DNA of 41,177 nucleotides from a bacterium (GTDB lineage: Bacteria > Patescibacteriota > Minisyncoccia > Moranbacterales > UBA1568). Location of the stretch: assembly GCA_021821305.1 (NCBI GenBank), contig JAKACP010000001.1, forward strand, positions 598,349 through 639,525, written 5' to 3'. The first letter of the stretch is position 1. The number at the start of each line of letters is the position of its first letter. A model generated the notes under the pieces. The model had not been told where the DNA came from. It worked only from the letters and a program-made list of their open reading frames with translations, and made no database searches. Position numbers and translations under genes: made by a program. Shown here piece after piece: positions 24,903 to 32,844 of the stretch.

Positions 24903-25151
24903 TTATCTTGCATCTGACTGTTTCTTGATGAGAATCTTCGGATCCACGCAATTCCACTCGCAGGTCTCCTTGGCACCCTCGATACCGGTCCTGACGACAT
25001 CCTTTCGGCACTGCTCGAGCTTCTCACGACAGTCCGCTTTCTGCTCGTCCCAGTAGTTCCAGTTTATATCATAGCCGAAATAGCGCAATCCGAAATGGGT
25101 GAGCGTCGCGACGCCGGCGATGAAGATGGCGAGACGGAGGAGAAGAAACAT
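24903..25151 (-). CDS. hypothetical small membrane-anchored Cys-rich protein (82 aa)
   Basis: N-terminal TM segment (FLLLRLAIFIAGVATL) and four Cys in the ectodomain (DCREKLEQC...ETCEWNC). GC-rich third codon positions. Lies between wecC-like and GT2 genes on the same strand. Confidence 0.55.
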   Translation of the reverse strand: MFLLLRLAIFIAGVATLTHFGLRYFGYDINWNYWDEQKADCREKLEQCRKDVVRTGIEGAKETCEWNCVDPKILIKKQSDAR

Positions 25152-25181
25152 GCGATCAGATTTCCGATTTTCAAACGATGT

Positions 25182-26483
25182 CTACCGCCCGATTCCCTTG
25201 TACCACACCTTCGATTTCCGGAAGGCGTTCTTGTCGAGGCAGTTCTTGCCGTCGACGATCGCGCGGATTCCGTATTTCGCGAGGAGTTCGGGGGTTACCT
25301 GCTCGACGAACTCACGGTGATTCGTGGCGAGTATGATCGCGTCGCATTTCTTGAGAAGGGCGGCGAGCGTCTTCTGCGTCGACATCCCCGGCACGTGCGG
25401 GTCGAACGTCTCGACGATCGCCTGGTGTTCCTTGAGCTTCTTCATGATCTCGAAGGACGGCGATTCGCGGACATCGTCGATATTCGCCTTGTAGGCGATG
25501 CCGAGCACTCCGACACGCGTACCGTTGAGCGGCATCCGCAACCGGTTGAGCCCGTCTTGGAGGAGCTCCACCGTGTAGGCAGGCATGGAGTTGTTGATCT
25601 CGCGCGCGATCTTGAGGAACCGATGGTCGAATCCGGACTGTTTCGCCCGCTCGATGAGGTAATAGGGATCGACCGGGATGCAGTGTCCGCCGACACCGCA
25701 GGAGGGGAAGTGCGGCATGAAGGAGAACGGCTTGGTCGCAGCGCCCAAGATCACGTCGCGCACGTCGATGTCGAGCACGTCGAAGGATCGGGCGAGCTCG
25801 TTGACGAACGCGATATTGATATCGCGGAAGGAGTTCTCGACGATCTTGACCGCTTCGGCTTCGCGGATGGATTTCATGGGGCGGATCTCGCCGTCGACGA
25901 TGGATTCGTAGAACGCGACCGCGCGGGCGAGACCCTTTTTCTCGAAGCTCCCCACGACACGGGGGATATTCTTGACCGTCCATTTCTCGTCACCGGGGTT
26001 GATGCGCTCAGGGCAGTGCGCGATATGGATGTCGCGGCCCACCTTGAACCCGGCCGATTCGAAGATCGGACGGATGATCTCCTCGGAGACACCGGGGTTC
26101 ACGGTCGATTCGAGAACGACCAGGGCGCCTTTCTTCGCGTATTTCGCGGTCATCTCGGACGCTTCGCGGACGGGGGCGATATCCGGATTGTGGAGCTCGT
26201 CGACCGGTGTCGGGACGCACAGGAGCACGATATCGGCCTTGGCGATGACCTTCGGATCGTCCGTGGCGGTGACGGGGTATTTCTTGAGATCGGCTTCGAG
26301 GAGCGCATCCTCGATCGGGCTCTTTCCGCGATTGATCATCGCGATCTTGTCCTTGCTCCGGGCGATGCCATAGACCTCGTAGCCGCGCTCGACGGCACGC
26401 ACCGCGAGCGGAAGCCCCACGTATCCGAGTCCGATTATCGCGACGACTTCCTTGCGTTCCGCTTTTCCGACGGGCTTGTGCAT
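25182..26483 (-). CDS. nucleotide-sugar dehydrogenase (UDP-ManNAc/UDP-GlcNAc 6-dehydrogenase, WecC/WbpA-like)
   Basis: VAIIGLGYVGLPLAV (NAD fold), FPSCGVGGHCIPVDP (catalytic Cys) and GIAYKANIDDVRESP. The tracked 864-aa ORF continues upstream only as the antisense of the + strand GT4, so the true start is the ATG at 26483 (MHKPVGK). Confidence 0.85.
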   Translation of the reverse strand: MHKPVGKAERKEVVAIIGLGYVGLPLAVRAVERGYEVYGIARSKDKIAMINRGKSPIEDALLEADLKKYPVTATDDPKVIAKADIVLLCVPTPVDELHNPDIAPVREASEMTAKYAKKGALVVLESTVNPGVSEEIIRPIFESAGFKVGRDIHIAHCPERINPGDEKWTVKNIPRVVGSFEKKGLARAVAFYESIVDGEIRPMKSIREAEAVKIVENSFRDINIAFVNELARSFDVLDIDVRDVILGAATKPFSFMPHFPSCGVGGHCIPVDPYYLIERAKQSGFDHRFLKIAREINNSMPAYTVELLQDGLNRLRMPLNGTRVGVLGIAYKANIDDVRESPSFEIMKKLKEHQAIVETFDPHVPGMSTQKTLAALLKKCDAIILATNHREFVEQVTPELLAKYGIRAIVDGKNCLDKNAFRKSKVWYKGIGR

Positions 26484-26511
26484 AGTTTCCGATGAGTCGA
26501 TTATCGGTCTT

Positions 26512-26540
26512 ATTGTAGGGAAAAAATGCCGAAAAGGCAA
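26512..26540 (-). promoter_or_regulatory. sigma70-like promoter of the wecC-like operon
   Basis: Minus strand TTGCCT-N17-TACAAT, about 30 nt upstream of the ATG at 26483. Confidence 0.45.
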
Positions 26541-26618
26541 TACGCGCCGAGCAGGGATGAGCCAGAATACATTCCTTTTTTCCGCAAAGGAGGGTATCAT
26601 AGGGACATCGATTTCTCT

Positions 26619-27779
26619 ATGAATATAGGCATAGACGCCTCGTTCCTGCGCAGGCCCGGAACCGGCATCGGACAAGTGACATCCAACTTCCTGCAGAAAG
26701 CGGGGGAATACCGGGACCGAGACTCCATGCCCAAGGATTCGGAATTCTTTTTGTATTGCGAGGAGGAGCCGGGCTCCGATTTCGCGTTGCCGGGAAATTT
26801 TCACCTCCGATCCTTTCTTCCCTTCTGGAAACGCGACGACGTGCCGCGACGGATCATCTGGGAACGGGAGCTGGCAAAAAGAGCGGCCGAGGATGGCTGT
26901 GACGCCTTCCTGAGCCTCTCCCAATCGTCGACCGTCATGCCTGATAGAATCCGGCACGTCATGATCGTGCACGATATCATCCCGCGGCTTTTCCCCCGGT
27001 ACCTCGGCACCCTCACCCGGAAATTCCACTGGAGGGCGATCGAGCGCGGAATCCGGAAAGCGGACCATGTCATCGCGGTCTCGCAACGGACGAAAGCGGA
27101 TCTCGTCTCGCACCTCGGCATCCCCGAGGAGAGAATCACCGTCGCCTCTCCCGACTGCGATCCGTCGTTCCGTATGGAAACGGCTCCCGACGATATCGCA
27201 CGCGTGATGAAAAAGTACGCACTCGAGCCCGGCTATATCTATCACGGAGGCGGACTGGAGATCCGCAAGAACGCGGGGGCGCTGCTTCGCGCCTACGCGG
27301 CGCTGAGGAAGGCTCGCACGGATATGCCGATGCTCGTCATTTCCGGAAAGGTGTTCGCTCCGGAGAACCGTCTCGCGACGGACGTGCGGGGGATCGTGCG
27401 CGAACTCGGCCTCGAGGAATCGGTCGTCGTGCTCGGTTTCGTGCCGGGGGAAGATCTGCCGGCGCTCTACCGCGGCGCCTCGATGTTCGTCTATCCCTCC
27501 CTCTACGAGGGATTCGGACTTCCTGTCCTCGAAGCGTTCGTATCGGGCACTCCGGTCATCGCCGCCCGGGCGGGGTCGATACCCGAACTGGCGGGCGACG
27601 CGGCGCTCCTCGTCGATCCGACCCGGGAGGACGAGCTCACGACCGGCATGGCGCGGCTCCACGACGACACCGAGCTCCGGGCGGAACTGGCGGAAAGGGG
27701 GAAGCGCCGGGCGGATGATTTCTCCTGGGGACCCTTCGTCGAAACGACGATGCGAATTCTTGAAGCTGATCGACACTAG
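26619..27779 (+). CDS. GT4-family glycosyltransferase (mannosyltransferase-like)
   Basis: MNIGIDASFLRRPGTGIG and PSLYEGFGLPVLEAFVSGTPVIAARAGSIPE. An alternative upstream ATG at 26526 would add 31 atypical residues. Confidence 0.8.
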   Translation: MNIGIDASFLRRPGTGIGQVTSNFLQKAGEYRDRDSMPKDSEFFLYCEEEPGSDFALPGNFHLRSFLPFWKRDDVPRRIIWERELAKRAAEDGCDAFLSLSQSSTVMPDRIRHVMIVHDIIPRLFPRYLGTLTRKFHWRAIERGIRKADHVIAVSQRTKADLVSHLGIPEERITVASPDCDPSFRMETAPDDIARVMKKYALEPGYIYHGGGLEIRKNAGALLRAYAALRKARTDMPMLVISGKVFAPENRLATDVRGIVRELGLEESVVVLGFVPGEDLPALYRGASMFVYPSLYEGFGLPVLEAFVSGTPVIAARAGSIPELAGDAALLVDPTREDELTTGMARLHDDTELRAELAERGKRRADDFSWGPFVETTMRILEADRH

Positions 27780-27781
27780 AT

Positions 27782-29359
27782 ATGTCTTTTTTTCTCAACA
27801 TGACGCCGATCGGGAAAGCATTGCTCGCGGGAAGCGCCCTTTTGCATGTCGGGCTCATCGTGCTCTCGCTTTCCGGCATACTGCCGCCCGCGACGGCGGA
27901 TTTCGCGTTCTTCTTCTTTCTCGCGATGCTCGCCGCGCTCTATCGACCGGGCTGGATGTTCCTCATCCTCCTCGCCGTCCTGCCGCTCGAGACGATCAAT
28001 CTTGCGCCGACGGTATTCGGTGCCGATCTCCGGCCCTACCAGTTCCTCGAGCTCGCGATGCTCGTCGGACTCCTCATCCGTCTCCTCTCGAAAAAGACGC
28101 TGCCGGAACTGCCCGCCTTCGGCAGAGGCGATCTCCTGCTTGCCCTCGTCCCGCTCGGAGCGTTTCTCGCGATAGGCAACGCGACGTCGCCGGCCGCATC
28201 CCTGCGCCTCTCGCTCATACTCCTGTCCTTCTACGGCCTCTATCTCCTCGCACGCATCTATCTCCGATCCTACGATGACGTGAGACGCGTCATCCCGTTC
28301 CTGTCCGTGTCCGGACTCATCGTCCTCGGCTTCGCGTTCTTTCAGGGCATCCGATCCATGGCGGGCCTGGAAGCGTTCGAGGTGATGCCGGGCCGACCCA
28401 ACGCGCTGTTCCCGGAACCCGACTGGCTCGGCGCGTACCTCGTGGTCCTCGGGGCGGGGCTGTTCGCGTTCGGGTCGGGATTCCGGTTGGACGGCGGGGA
28501 GTGGGTTCGCGTGCGGATTTCCAGACATATCGGCCTCTTCGTCGCGATGACGGCACTTTTTTCCATACTGCTCATGACCGTGAGCCGGAGCGCGTGGCTC
28601 GGCCTCTCGGTGTCCGGCATCCTCTCGATCGCACTCTTCGCGTACGCGCGGAGGGATGCCCGGGCGACGGCCATGTACGCAGGCGGCATGGGCGCATCGT
28701 TTTTCCTCGCCCTCTCCCTCGTCACGGGCATTCCGCTCACCGCGTTCGATCTCTCCGGGCGCGCGGACAGCATCGTGTCCGGCGATCAGTCGATCACCGT
28801 CTCCTGCGAAGGGGAGACGGCGCTTCCCGAAAAGATCGCGTCGACGGACGAACTCGCGGCGCTCGGGTGCCGCCACATCGATCTCGAGGAGATCGACACC
28901 GAACGGAGCGCGGGCCGCTTCATCGGGGTGACCGACCGACCGGATCCGAATGTCGATATCCGGAAGGACATCTACGAGAAAAGCTGGGTGGAGATCCGGG
29001 AACACCCCGTGCTCGGGATCGGGTGGGGGAGCATCTCATCCGTGCTCGGAACCGACGAGCGCGGCGCGGGGCTCAACGCGAGCAACGTCTTTCTCGAGGT
29101 ATGGCTCGGAAGCGGGATCGTCGGCCTCCTCGGGTTCCTCGGATTCCTCGTGCTCGCGCTCACCCACATGCTGCGTGCGTTCCTCCGATCCTCCGCGGAA
29201 GCCGGGATCCTCGGCGAGACCCTCCCGGCATTCATCCTCGCCGCGATTCCGGGGCTTCTCATCTTCGATCTCTTCAATTCCGGAATCCTCCTCGGCTTCC
29301 TCTGGGTGCTTTTCGCCATGGCCCTCGTGGAACGGACACCGGAACCGAGAAAGGCATAG
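27782..29359 (+). CDS. O-antigen ligase / Wzy_C-family membrane protein
   Basis: Motif LLMTVSRSAWLGLSVSGILSIAL with a large external loop and HPVLGIGWGS. Starts 2 nt after the upstream stop. Confidence 0.75.
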   Translation: MSFFLNMTPIGKALLAGSALLHVGLIVLSLSGILPPATADFAFFFFLAMLAALYRPGWMFLILLAVLPLETINLAPTVFGADLRPYQFLELAMLVGLLIRLLSKKTLPELPAFGRGDLLLALVPLGAFLAIGNATSPAASLRLSLILLSFYGLYLLARIYLRSYDDVRRVIPFLSVSGLIVLGFAFFQGIRSMAGLEAFEVMPGRPNALFPEPDWLGAYLVVLGAGLFAFGSGFRLDGGEWVRVRISRHIGLFVAMTALFSILLMTVSRSAWLGLSVSGILSIALFAYARRDARATAMYAGGMGASFFLALSLVTGIPLTAFDLSGRADSIVSGDQSITVSCEGETALPEKIASTDELAALGCRHIDLEEIDTERSAGRFIGVTDRPDPNVDIRKDIYEKSWVEIREHPVLGIGWGSISSVLGTDERGAGLNASNVFLEVWLGSGIVGLLGFLGFLVLALTHMLRAFLRSSAEAGILGETLPAFILAAIPGLLIFDLFNSGILLGFLWVLFAMALVERTPEPRKA

Positions 29360-29386
29360 CCATATCGATATACAAAGGGAACACGC

Positions 29387-30538
29387 ATGAAAACTATCGC
29401 CATAGACATCCGTCTCATAGGAAGGAACCGCACCGGCGACGAGGCGGTATTCCTCAATCTCACGCGCGAACTCCTCGCGCTCGATCAGGAAAACCAGTAC
29501 CTCCTCCTCACGGACCGGAGGGAACCGGCGTTCCTGAGCGAGCTCGGGAGAATGCTCGGTATCGCCGGGAACGGGCACGCGAAAATCGTCTCGCTCCAGG
29601 GACGGAACCGATTCGTGTGGAACCTCCTCTCCGTTCCGCTCTTCCTCATGTGGAAGGAACCGGACATCTTCCATACGCAGTACATCCTTCCGGCGTTCGT
29701 GCCGGAACGCACGCGTATCGTCGCGCATATCCACGACGTATCGTTCGCAGCGTTCCCCGAACTCATCGGGTTTTCGGATCGGCTCTTCCTCTCCCGACTC
29801 ATTCCGAGGACCATGCGCCGCGCCGATCTCCTCGTCGCCCCGTCGGAATTCACGAGACAGGAGATCGCGTCACGCTACGGGGTTCCCGAGGATCACGTCG
29901 CCGTCGTGCCGAACGCCATACCATCCGACTTCGGACGCGACCTGACGGCGACCGGACTCGAGGCGGTCCGCCGCAAGTACGGCCTGCCGGAAAAATTCCT
30001 CCTCTCCGTCGGGACGATGCAACCTCGAAAGAACCTCCCGTTCTTCCTCCGTGCGTTCGCGAGCGTACGGGAACGACTGCCAGGTATACGGGTCGTCCTC
30101 GTCGGGAGCAAGGACGGGCGACACTACGACGCGGACATCGACCGGGTCATCGCCGAGGAACACCTCGAGCAGGATGTCCTGTTCCCGGGATTCGTCGATA
30201 CCGCCGATCTCCCCGCGGTCTATCGTCTCTCGCACGGGCTCGTCTTCCCGTCACGGTACGAAGGATTCGGCATACCGCTCCTCGAAGCCTTCGCAGCGGG
30301 CGTTCCGGTCGCCGCATCCGATATCCCGCCTTTCCGCGAAGTCGGTGCCGACGCGGCCATATACTTTCACCCTGAGCGGGTTGCCGAATGCGCCGAAGCG
30401 TTGTATACTCTTTCAACGGACGAATCACGGAGGGAATCGTGCATAAAAGGCGGATCGAAGCGCGTCTCGGAGTATTCCTGGGACAAAAGCGCTCGGATTC
30501 TTTTTTTGCGCTACGAGGAACTTCTCCGTCAGCAATAA
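29387..30538 (+). CDS. GT4-family glycosyltransferase
   Basis: MKTIAIDIRLIGRNRTG and PSRYEGFGIPLLEAFAAGVPVAASDIPPFRE. SD caAAGGGAacacgcATG. Confidence 0.85.
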   Translation: MKTIAIDIRLIGRNRTGDEAVFLNLTRELLALDQENQYLLLTDRREPAFLSELGRMLGIAGNGHAKIVSLQGRNRFVWNLLSVPLFLMWKEPDIFHTQYILPAFVPERTRIVAHIHDVSFAAFPELIGFSDRLFLSRLIPRTMRRADLLVAPSEFTRQEIASRYGVPEDHVAVVPNAIPSDFGRDLTATGLEAVRRKYGLPEKFLLSVGTMQPRKNLPFFLRAFASVRERLPGIRVVLVGSKDGRHYDADIDRVIAEEHLEQDVLFPGFVDTADLPAVYRLSHGLVFPSRYEGFGIPLLEAFAAGVPVAASDIPPFREVGADAAIYFHPERVAECAEALYTLSTDESRRESCIKGGSKRVSEYSWDKSARILFLRYEELLRQQ

Positions 30539-30571
30539 GGGCTCGTCTACTAACTTTTCATCGAATTTCAT

Positions 30572-31795
30572 ATGCGTTGGTTCCGAAAAAAGAGCGCAAC
30601 CGATAAGCCGGTCCTCCCGGTCTCGGCCGACCCGAAGCGCCGCAAGCGCAACATCGCGCTCGGTATCGTCGCGGTCGTGGTCATCCTCGGCGGACTCGGA
30701 CTCTGGAAAGCCGGAGCGCTCGTCGGCAAGATCTCCCTCGGAAACGGCAGTTTCTTCGAGGATGTCTTCAAGGCGCTTCCCGGGGTCGACGCGAAACTCG
30801 ACGGCGAGGAGGAGGGCCGCATCAACATCGCGCTCCTCGGCATGCGCGGGGAGCACGTCGAGGGCGGCGGTTTGCTCGCCGACACCATCATGGTGCTCTC
30901 GATCCATCCGAAACAGGGCGAAGGGGATCAGAGCCGGGCATCGCTCGTCTCCATTCCGCGCGACCTCTACGTGACGGTTCCCGACACCTCCGACAAGCAG
31001 AAGATCAACGCCGTCCATTTCTACGGCGAGGAGAAGGGCAAGGGGAAGGGCATGGAATACATGAAACGCATCCTCTCCGAGGTCACGGGCCAGCCCATCC
31101 ACTACGCGGTCACGATCAATTTCAAGGGATTCACCGACCTCGTGGACGCGCTCGGCGGCGTCACCGTCCATCTCGATCAGCCGTTCGAGGAAGGAGTCCA
31201 GTTCCGCGAGCCCAAGGTCTGCGATCCGTACGTCTTCACGGAGCCGGCGATCGATCCTACGACCAAACAGCAGATGTACGAGTACAAATACTACACGCGC
31301 AAGGACGGCACCCGCCACGCGTCGCCGTCGGCCGCGTATCCGCTCTGCTACAACAAGGACGTGGAGTGCGGCGGGATCTTCAAGCTCCCGGCGGGGGACA
31401 GCACCCTCGACGGGGAAACGGCGCTCTGCTATGCGCGGGCCCGTGCGACCTCCAACGACTTCGAGCGCGCGAAGCGCCAACAGGAAGTGATCAAGGATAT
31501 CAAGGCGAGGATGCTCTCCGTCGGTACGTTCACCGATTTCTCGCGGATCAACGGACTTCTCGACAGTCTCGGCGACAATGTCCGCACCGATATGGAAGGA
31601 TGGGAGATGAAACGGATGTTCGAGCTCTATCCGCGGTTCGGCGACGCCGAACTCAAGCAGAAGGTGCTCGACACGAGCGACGAAGGACTGCTCTACTTCC
31701 CGGACAAGGACCTCTACCCGGGTGCCGGATCCATCATCCTCCCGCGCGGGGACAACTACGATCGCATCCACGAACTGTTCCGGAGTCTCCCTTAG
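30572..31795 (+). CDS. LCP (LytR-CpsA-Psr) family glycopolymer ligase
   Basis: N-terminal TM segment, then INIALLGMRG...ADTIMVLSIHP...SLVSIPRDLYV...INFKGFTDLVDALGGVTV and CYARAR. Confidence 0.85.
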   Translation: MRWFRKKSATDKPVLPVSADPKRRKRNIALGIVAVVVILGGLGLWKAGALVGKISLGNGSFFEDVFKALPGVDAKLDGEEEGRINIALLGMRGEHVEGGGLLADTIMVLSIHPKQGEGDQSRASLVSIPRDLYVTVPDTSDKQKINAVHFYGEEKGKGKGMEYMKRILSEVTGQPIHYAVTINFKGFTDLVDALGGVTVHLDQPFEEGVQFREPKVCDPYVFTEPAIDPTTKQQMYEYKYYTRKDGTRHASPSAAYPLCYNKDVECGGIFKLPAGDSTLDGETALCYARARATSNDFERAKRQQEVIKDIKARMLSVGTFTDFSRINGLLDSLGDNVRTDMEGWEMKRMFELYPRFGDAELKQKVLDTSDEGLLYFPDKDLYPGAGSIILPRGDNYDRIHELFRSLP

Positions 31796-31839
31796 AGCCT
31801 GCCCAACATCTCAACGCGTTGTATAAAAGAAAACCTCCC

Positions 31840-31962
31840 GCTTGTCGGCCGATACTTCAGAATTTCGGCTGCACATCACTTATCGCTCGTCGGCTTATCA
31901 TGATAGGCCTCCTCACGATGCATGATGTTCGCTCGAAATTCTGAAGTATTGGCTCGACATGA
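31840..31962. repeat. 123-nt conserved AT-rich hairpin element, copy B
   Basis: The reverse complement aligns gap-free with 15313-15435. Helices are 31848-31867/31934-31953 (20 bp with one G-T position) and 31873-31879/31922-31928. Confidence 0.7.
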
Positions 31963-32000
31963 GATATTGGACAGACTCTTAGCCTCTTTCCGAACGGCTC

Positions 32001-32819
32001 ATGAACACCCCCGAACTCTCGATCATCGTCACGAGCTACAAGAACCCGGAGCTCCTCCGGCTCTGCTTGGAATCGATACGGAAAAATATCCGTGAAGTCG
32101 GTTACGAGATCATCGTCGCCGACAGCGCCACCGAAGAGGCGACCGAGATGCTCATGCGCGAAGACTTCCCCGACGTGACCTTTTTCCCGTTCCGGGAGAA
32201 CGTCGGACTGGCGCGACTTCTCGAGAAGAGTATCACGGCGGTCAAGGGGACCTATGTCCTCTACATGAACGGCGACATCATCGTGAACCCGGGCTCGGTG
32301 GAGAAACTCCTCGGTTTCCTCAAGAGCCGTCCCGATGTCGGGTTGGTCGGACCGAAACTCCTCAATTTCAACGCGACCTTCCAGTACTCCTGCTTCCGTT
32401 TCTATCGTCCCACGACCATCCTCTACCGCCGGACGGTCCTCCGCCACCTCCCGTTCGCCAAGCGGCACCTCGACTGGTTCCTGATGAAGGACTACGACCA
32501 CAAGGAGCCCAAGGAAGTCGACTGGATCATGGGATCGGTCCTCCTCGCGCCGAAAGCCGCCATCGACAAGGTCGGCGTCATGGATACGGCCTTCTTCATG
32601 TACATGGAGGATGTGGACTGGTGCCGGCGCTTTTGGGACGCCGGATACAAGGTGGTATACTATCCGCATTCCGAGATGTTCCATTATCACGGAAAGGGGA
32701 GCGCCCGAGGCGGATTCTTCCAGGCACTCTTCTTCAATCGGCTCACCTGGCATCATATCCGGAGCGCCGTCATCTATTTCGTGAAATACGCGGGAAAATC
32801 CCGGCCGGTTCACGACTAA
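32001..32819 (+). CDS. GT2-family glycosyltransferase
   Basis: LSIIVTSYKNPELLRLCLESI, a YMNGDIIV (DxD-like) motif, and FFMYMEDVDWCRR. Confidence 0.85.
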   Translation: MNTPELSIIVTSYKNPELLRLCLESIRKNIREVGYEIIVADSATEEATEMLMREDFPDVTFFPFRENVGLARLLEKSITAVKGTYVLYMNGDIIVNPGSVEKLLGFLKSRPDVGLVGPKLLNFNATFQYSCFRFYRPTTILYRRTVLRHLPFAKRHLDWFLMKDYDHKEPKEVDWIMGSVLLAPKAAIDKVGVMDTAFFMYMEDVDWCRRFWDAGYKVVYYPHSEMFHYHGKGSARGGFFQALFFNRLTWHHIRSAVIYFVKYAGKSRPVHD

Positions 32820-32844
32820 TTTTCAGAGCCTGTCTTAAAATCTC

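Noticed and set aside
26484-27776. Upstream 430 codons of the tracked 864-aa minus-strand ORF (25182..27776)
   Set aside because: Only the C-terminal 433 aa (from MHKPVGK at 26483) resemble a nucleotide-sugar dehydrogenase. The upstream part is the antisense of a clear + strand GT4 (YEGFGLPVLEA) and has junk composition.
28501-30375. 624-aa + strand ORF, plus 27776..29005 (-), 30425..31771 (-), 31857..32813 (-), 25095..26495 (+), 23838..24833 (+), 13164..14171 (+), 35573..36532 (+) and 37761..38864 (+)
   Set aside because: All are off-frame or antisense overlaps of genes with strong family motifs. All are Arg/Pro/Gly/Asp/Glu-rich with no motifs. They are the expected long shadow ORFs in high-GC3 coding DNA.
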